From: Malacoraja senta
Taxonomy: Eukaryota
DNA length: 64,000 nt
Assembly: GCA_038087875.1 (NCBI GenBank)
Contig: CM075988.1
Coordinates: 12,588,001-12,652,000 of the forward strand
Direction: 5' to 3'
Shown: in pieces, positions 61,735 to 64,000 of the stretch
How the letters are laid out: each line of letters starts with the position of its first letter
Numbering within the stretch: the first letter of the stretch is position 1
Position numbers and translations under genes: made by a program
The notes under the pieces: generated by a model
What the model was told of the DNA's origin: nothing
Seen by the model: only the letters and a program-made list of their open reading frames with translations
Databases searched by the model: none

Positions 61735-62100
61735 AAGGCAAAGGGGTTATTTGGGCCAATACTTGTCCCTCACACAATATCACTGTCAGATTATCTGGGC
61801 TTCATCACATTCATCTTTGTGCAAGTTGTGCGGATTTCAGGGGTTATAGGGAGAAGGCAGGAGAATGAGGCTGAGAGGAAAAGATAGATCAGCCATGATT
61901 GAATGGTGGAGTAGACTTGATGGGAATGGCCTAATTCTGCTCTTATCACTTATGAACTTATCAAGTTTGTTGAGTGCAAATGGGCTGCCTCATTTGCCAT
62001 GTTACAGGTTTGGCGAGACTACAAAAACATTTCCTTAGCTGTCAAGAGCTTTGGAATAACTTGAAAGAGTAAAAGTTGCAATAGGAAAGCAGGTCTATTT
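61735..62100 (+). mobile_element. Deu-domain SINE split by a CR1 tail (~61828-61961)
   Basis: GGCCAATA.TT.TCCCTCA...CAGATTATCTGG...ATCACATT | TGCAAATGGGCTGCC...GCTGT.AAG.GCTTTGG; CAAGTT on both sides of the insertion. Confidence 0.6.
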
Positions 62101-63155
62101 AAATCTTACAATTTCCACTAACCTTCTTCTATCGTGTCCATCTTCCATGTTTCAAATGTTGACATCGCTGTCATTGTCCGTCCTGAAAGGGACGCAAGCT
62201 TCTGGCGACAATCAGTGGGAGCCATCATTTGTTGCAATAGATGATGGTGGTACCAGAATTAGCTCAGGATACTTCCAGTTTCCAGCCCCGCGACGTGGAC
62301 GTTTCTGCTATAGGGCCTCCACTGACCTAATATCATGTTTTATCTGCTCTGCTGATAAGAGCTAGCCTGTGATCCAAAATCACAAGATGCATCTACTTCA
62401 AGTGATCGACACCTACATAAAATGTTAAAGGTCTTGCATACCATCTTAATACGAACCCCATGCTTTAAAAATCAGAAGAAAGATAAATGCATTGAAATGG
62501 TCTGAATCTTCCCTGAATCACCTTGAGCAACAGCAGAGAAGATATTTAATATTACAGAAAAGTTGTTTAAGTTCTTATCCTTTTGCAAAGTTTCTCAAAT
62601 TATACAGGGAACAAATTAACACAATTTTCTCTTTTATTCCATCACCGGCATTTTATGTCAATTAACTTTCAGAAGGTTAGCAGCAATTTGCCTACTTAAA
62701 ATTCCAGAACTAAATTAATTGAGTTGTTAACTCTTTTAACTTCATTCACACTGCAAGTCTTGACTGTCCATTTTGGCCTCTGTGGGTTAATGTGCATGTT
62801 ATTGCTTGGCCAAGATCCACCACAATAATCAACCGACCTTGTCAATTTCATTCTGTAATTCATGATTTGTAAGATCACATCACATGCGATACTTGTAAGT
62901 TTAACTCATTTTAGACTGCTTTAATTCAACATATTTTGTCAAAATCCAACAAAAAAATCTGCAAGAATTGAATTTGAATGTTTTAGATCTGGAAAAAAAA
63001 TAAAACAAAAACACACTTAAAAGGTAAATTAATGAATCATAAAGCAAAAAAATCTACTTCATCACAGTCAGTCTTGAGGTGTACAAAGTCAGGTAATTCT
63101 CACATGTTACCATATGTCATAAAAAATAAGGCACTTTGACAAAATAAATATATAG

Positions 63156-63390
63156 TTTAATTTAGTTTAGTTTAGAGATACAGCGTGGAAACAGGCCCTT
63201 CAGCCCACCAAATCTGCACCGACCAGTGATCTCTGCGCACACTTGGGACAATTATTACACTATCCGACACACACTTGGGACAATTATTACATTTACTGTA
63301 TACCAAGCCAATTAGCCTACAAGCCTGTACGTCTTTGGAGTGTGGGAGGAAACCGAAGATCACGGGGAAAATGTGCAAACTCCGGACAGA
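63156..63390 (-). mobile_element. V-SINE lacking its head
   Basis: (GTTTA)n tail and body; ends where the next insertion starts; internal duplication of CACACTTGGGACAATTATTACA. Confidence 0.8.
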
Positions 63391-63392
63391 AA

Positions 63393-63592
63393 ATCAATCA
63401 ATCAATCAGTTTTATTCATCACATGCACATATAAATGCAGTGAAATGAATTTGCCAGCAGCGGTACAATCAAAAAAGGACACATAATACACAATAAAATG
63501 TAACACAAACATCTACCACAGCATTCTTCACTGTGGTGGAAGGCACAAAGTACAGTCAGTCCTCCTCCATTGTTCACCTGTGGTCGGGACCA
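63393..63592 (-). mobile_element. LINE-type 3' tail fragment with (TTGA)n end
   Basis: (ATCA)n run, TTTATT (AATAAA on minus), body shared with 21323-21450. Confidence 0.7.
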
Positions 63593-64000
63593 TAAACCAT
63601 GATATTAGGTCAGTGGAGGCCCCATAGCAGGACCTGTAATTGCTGATAATTTCAATTAAAGTGTAATTTAGGACTCATGGTGAAAATTGATTTGATTTTG
63701 TTTTTATCATTTTTATCTTTAAAATATCTGGAAGGAATATAATTGAATTCCTTAATTCCTAATGCTTTTTCTCATTGACACTGTAATGCTTCAGATTCGC
63801 TACCTTTCCATTCTATTATTGTGGTATGAGTTCTGTGGTCACAGCTATAAGATGTGGCAGGAAATGCATGTTGACACTGTTGCTCAGTACATCTTAGTTT
63901 CTGGGGTGTGCAGAGATTAAATAAGCTTTATACGCACAAGCACTCAGTTCGATGGTAATATTAGTTATCATTCAGCACTAACATATTACTTTACACAAAC

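Overview
Eukaryotic, repeat-dominated non-coding DNA from a vertebrate. The repeat families point to a cartilaginous fish, probably a skate or ray (inference): HE1-type V-SINEs sharing their 3' tail with CR1 LINEs, and Deu-domain SINEs. I found no host protein-coding exon, rRNA, true tRNA gene or CRISPR array. The ORFs I could identify are retroelement or transposase debris, or chance frames. Non-LTR retroelements: about 13 V-SINEs, many CR1, Rex/Babar and RTE fragments, one 2-kb 5'-truncated L1 with TSD, and Penelope-like elements (GIY-YIG remnants plus about 17 terminal modules with a minimal hammerhead-ribozyme-like core). LTR elements: two very decayed Ty3/Gypsy relics. DNA transposons: two hAT elements, four PIF/Harbinger-type TIR elements and a possible old Harbinger transposase relic. 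Several TE-free blocks rich in homeodomain motifs may be conserved enhancers. Most notable: (i) tiny fold-back Penelope insertions built around a hammerhead core, the best with a 14-15 bp TSD at 5089-5280; (ii) a 1.9-kb Harbinger-type element apparently carrying about 1.4 kb of foreign genomic DNA; (iii) a chimeric hAT element with two different transposase C-termini and a minisatellite; (iv) a three-level Penelope<Rex<MITE nest; (v) an unexplained 39-bp inverted repeat pair 1.25 kb apart. Family names come from manual motif recognition, not database searches. Boundaries without a TSD or TIR are approximate.
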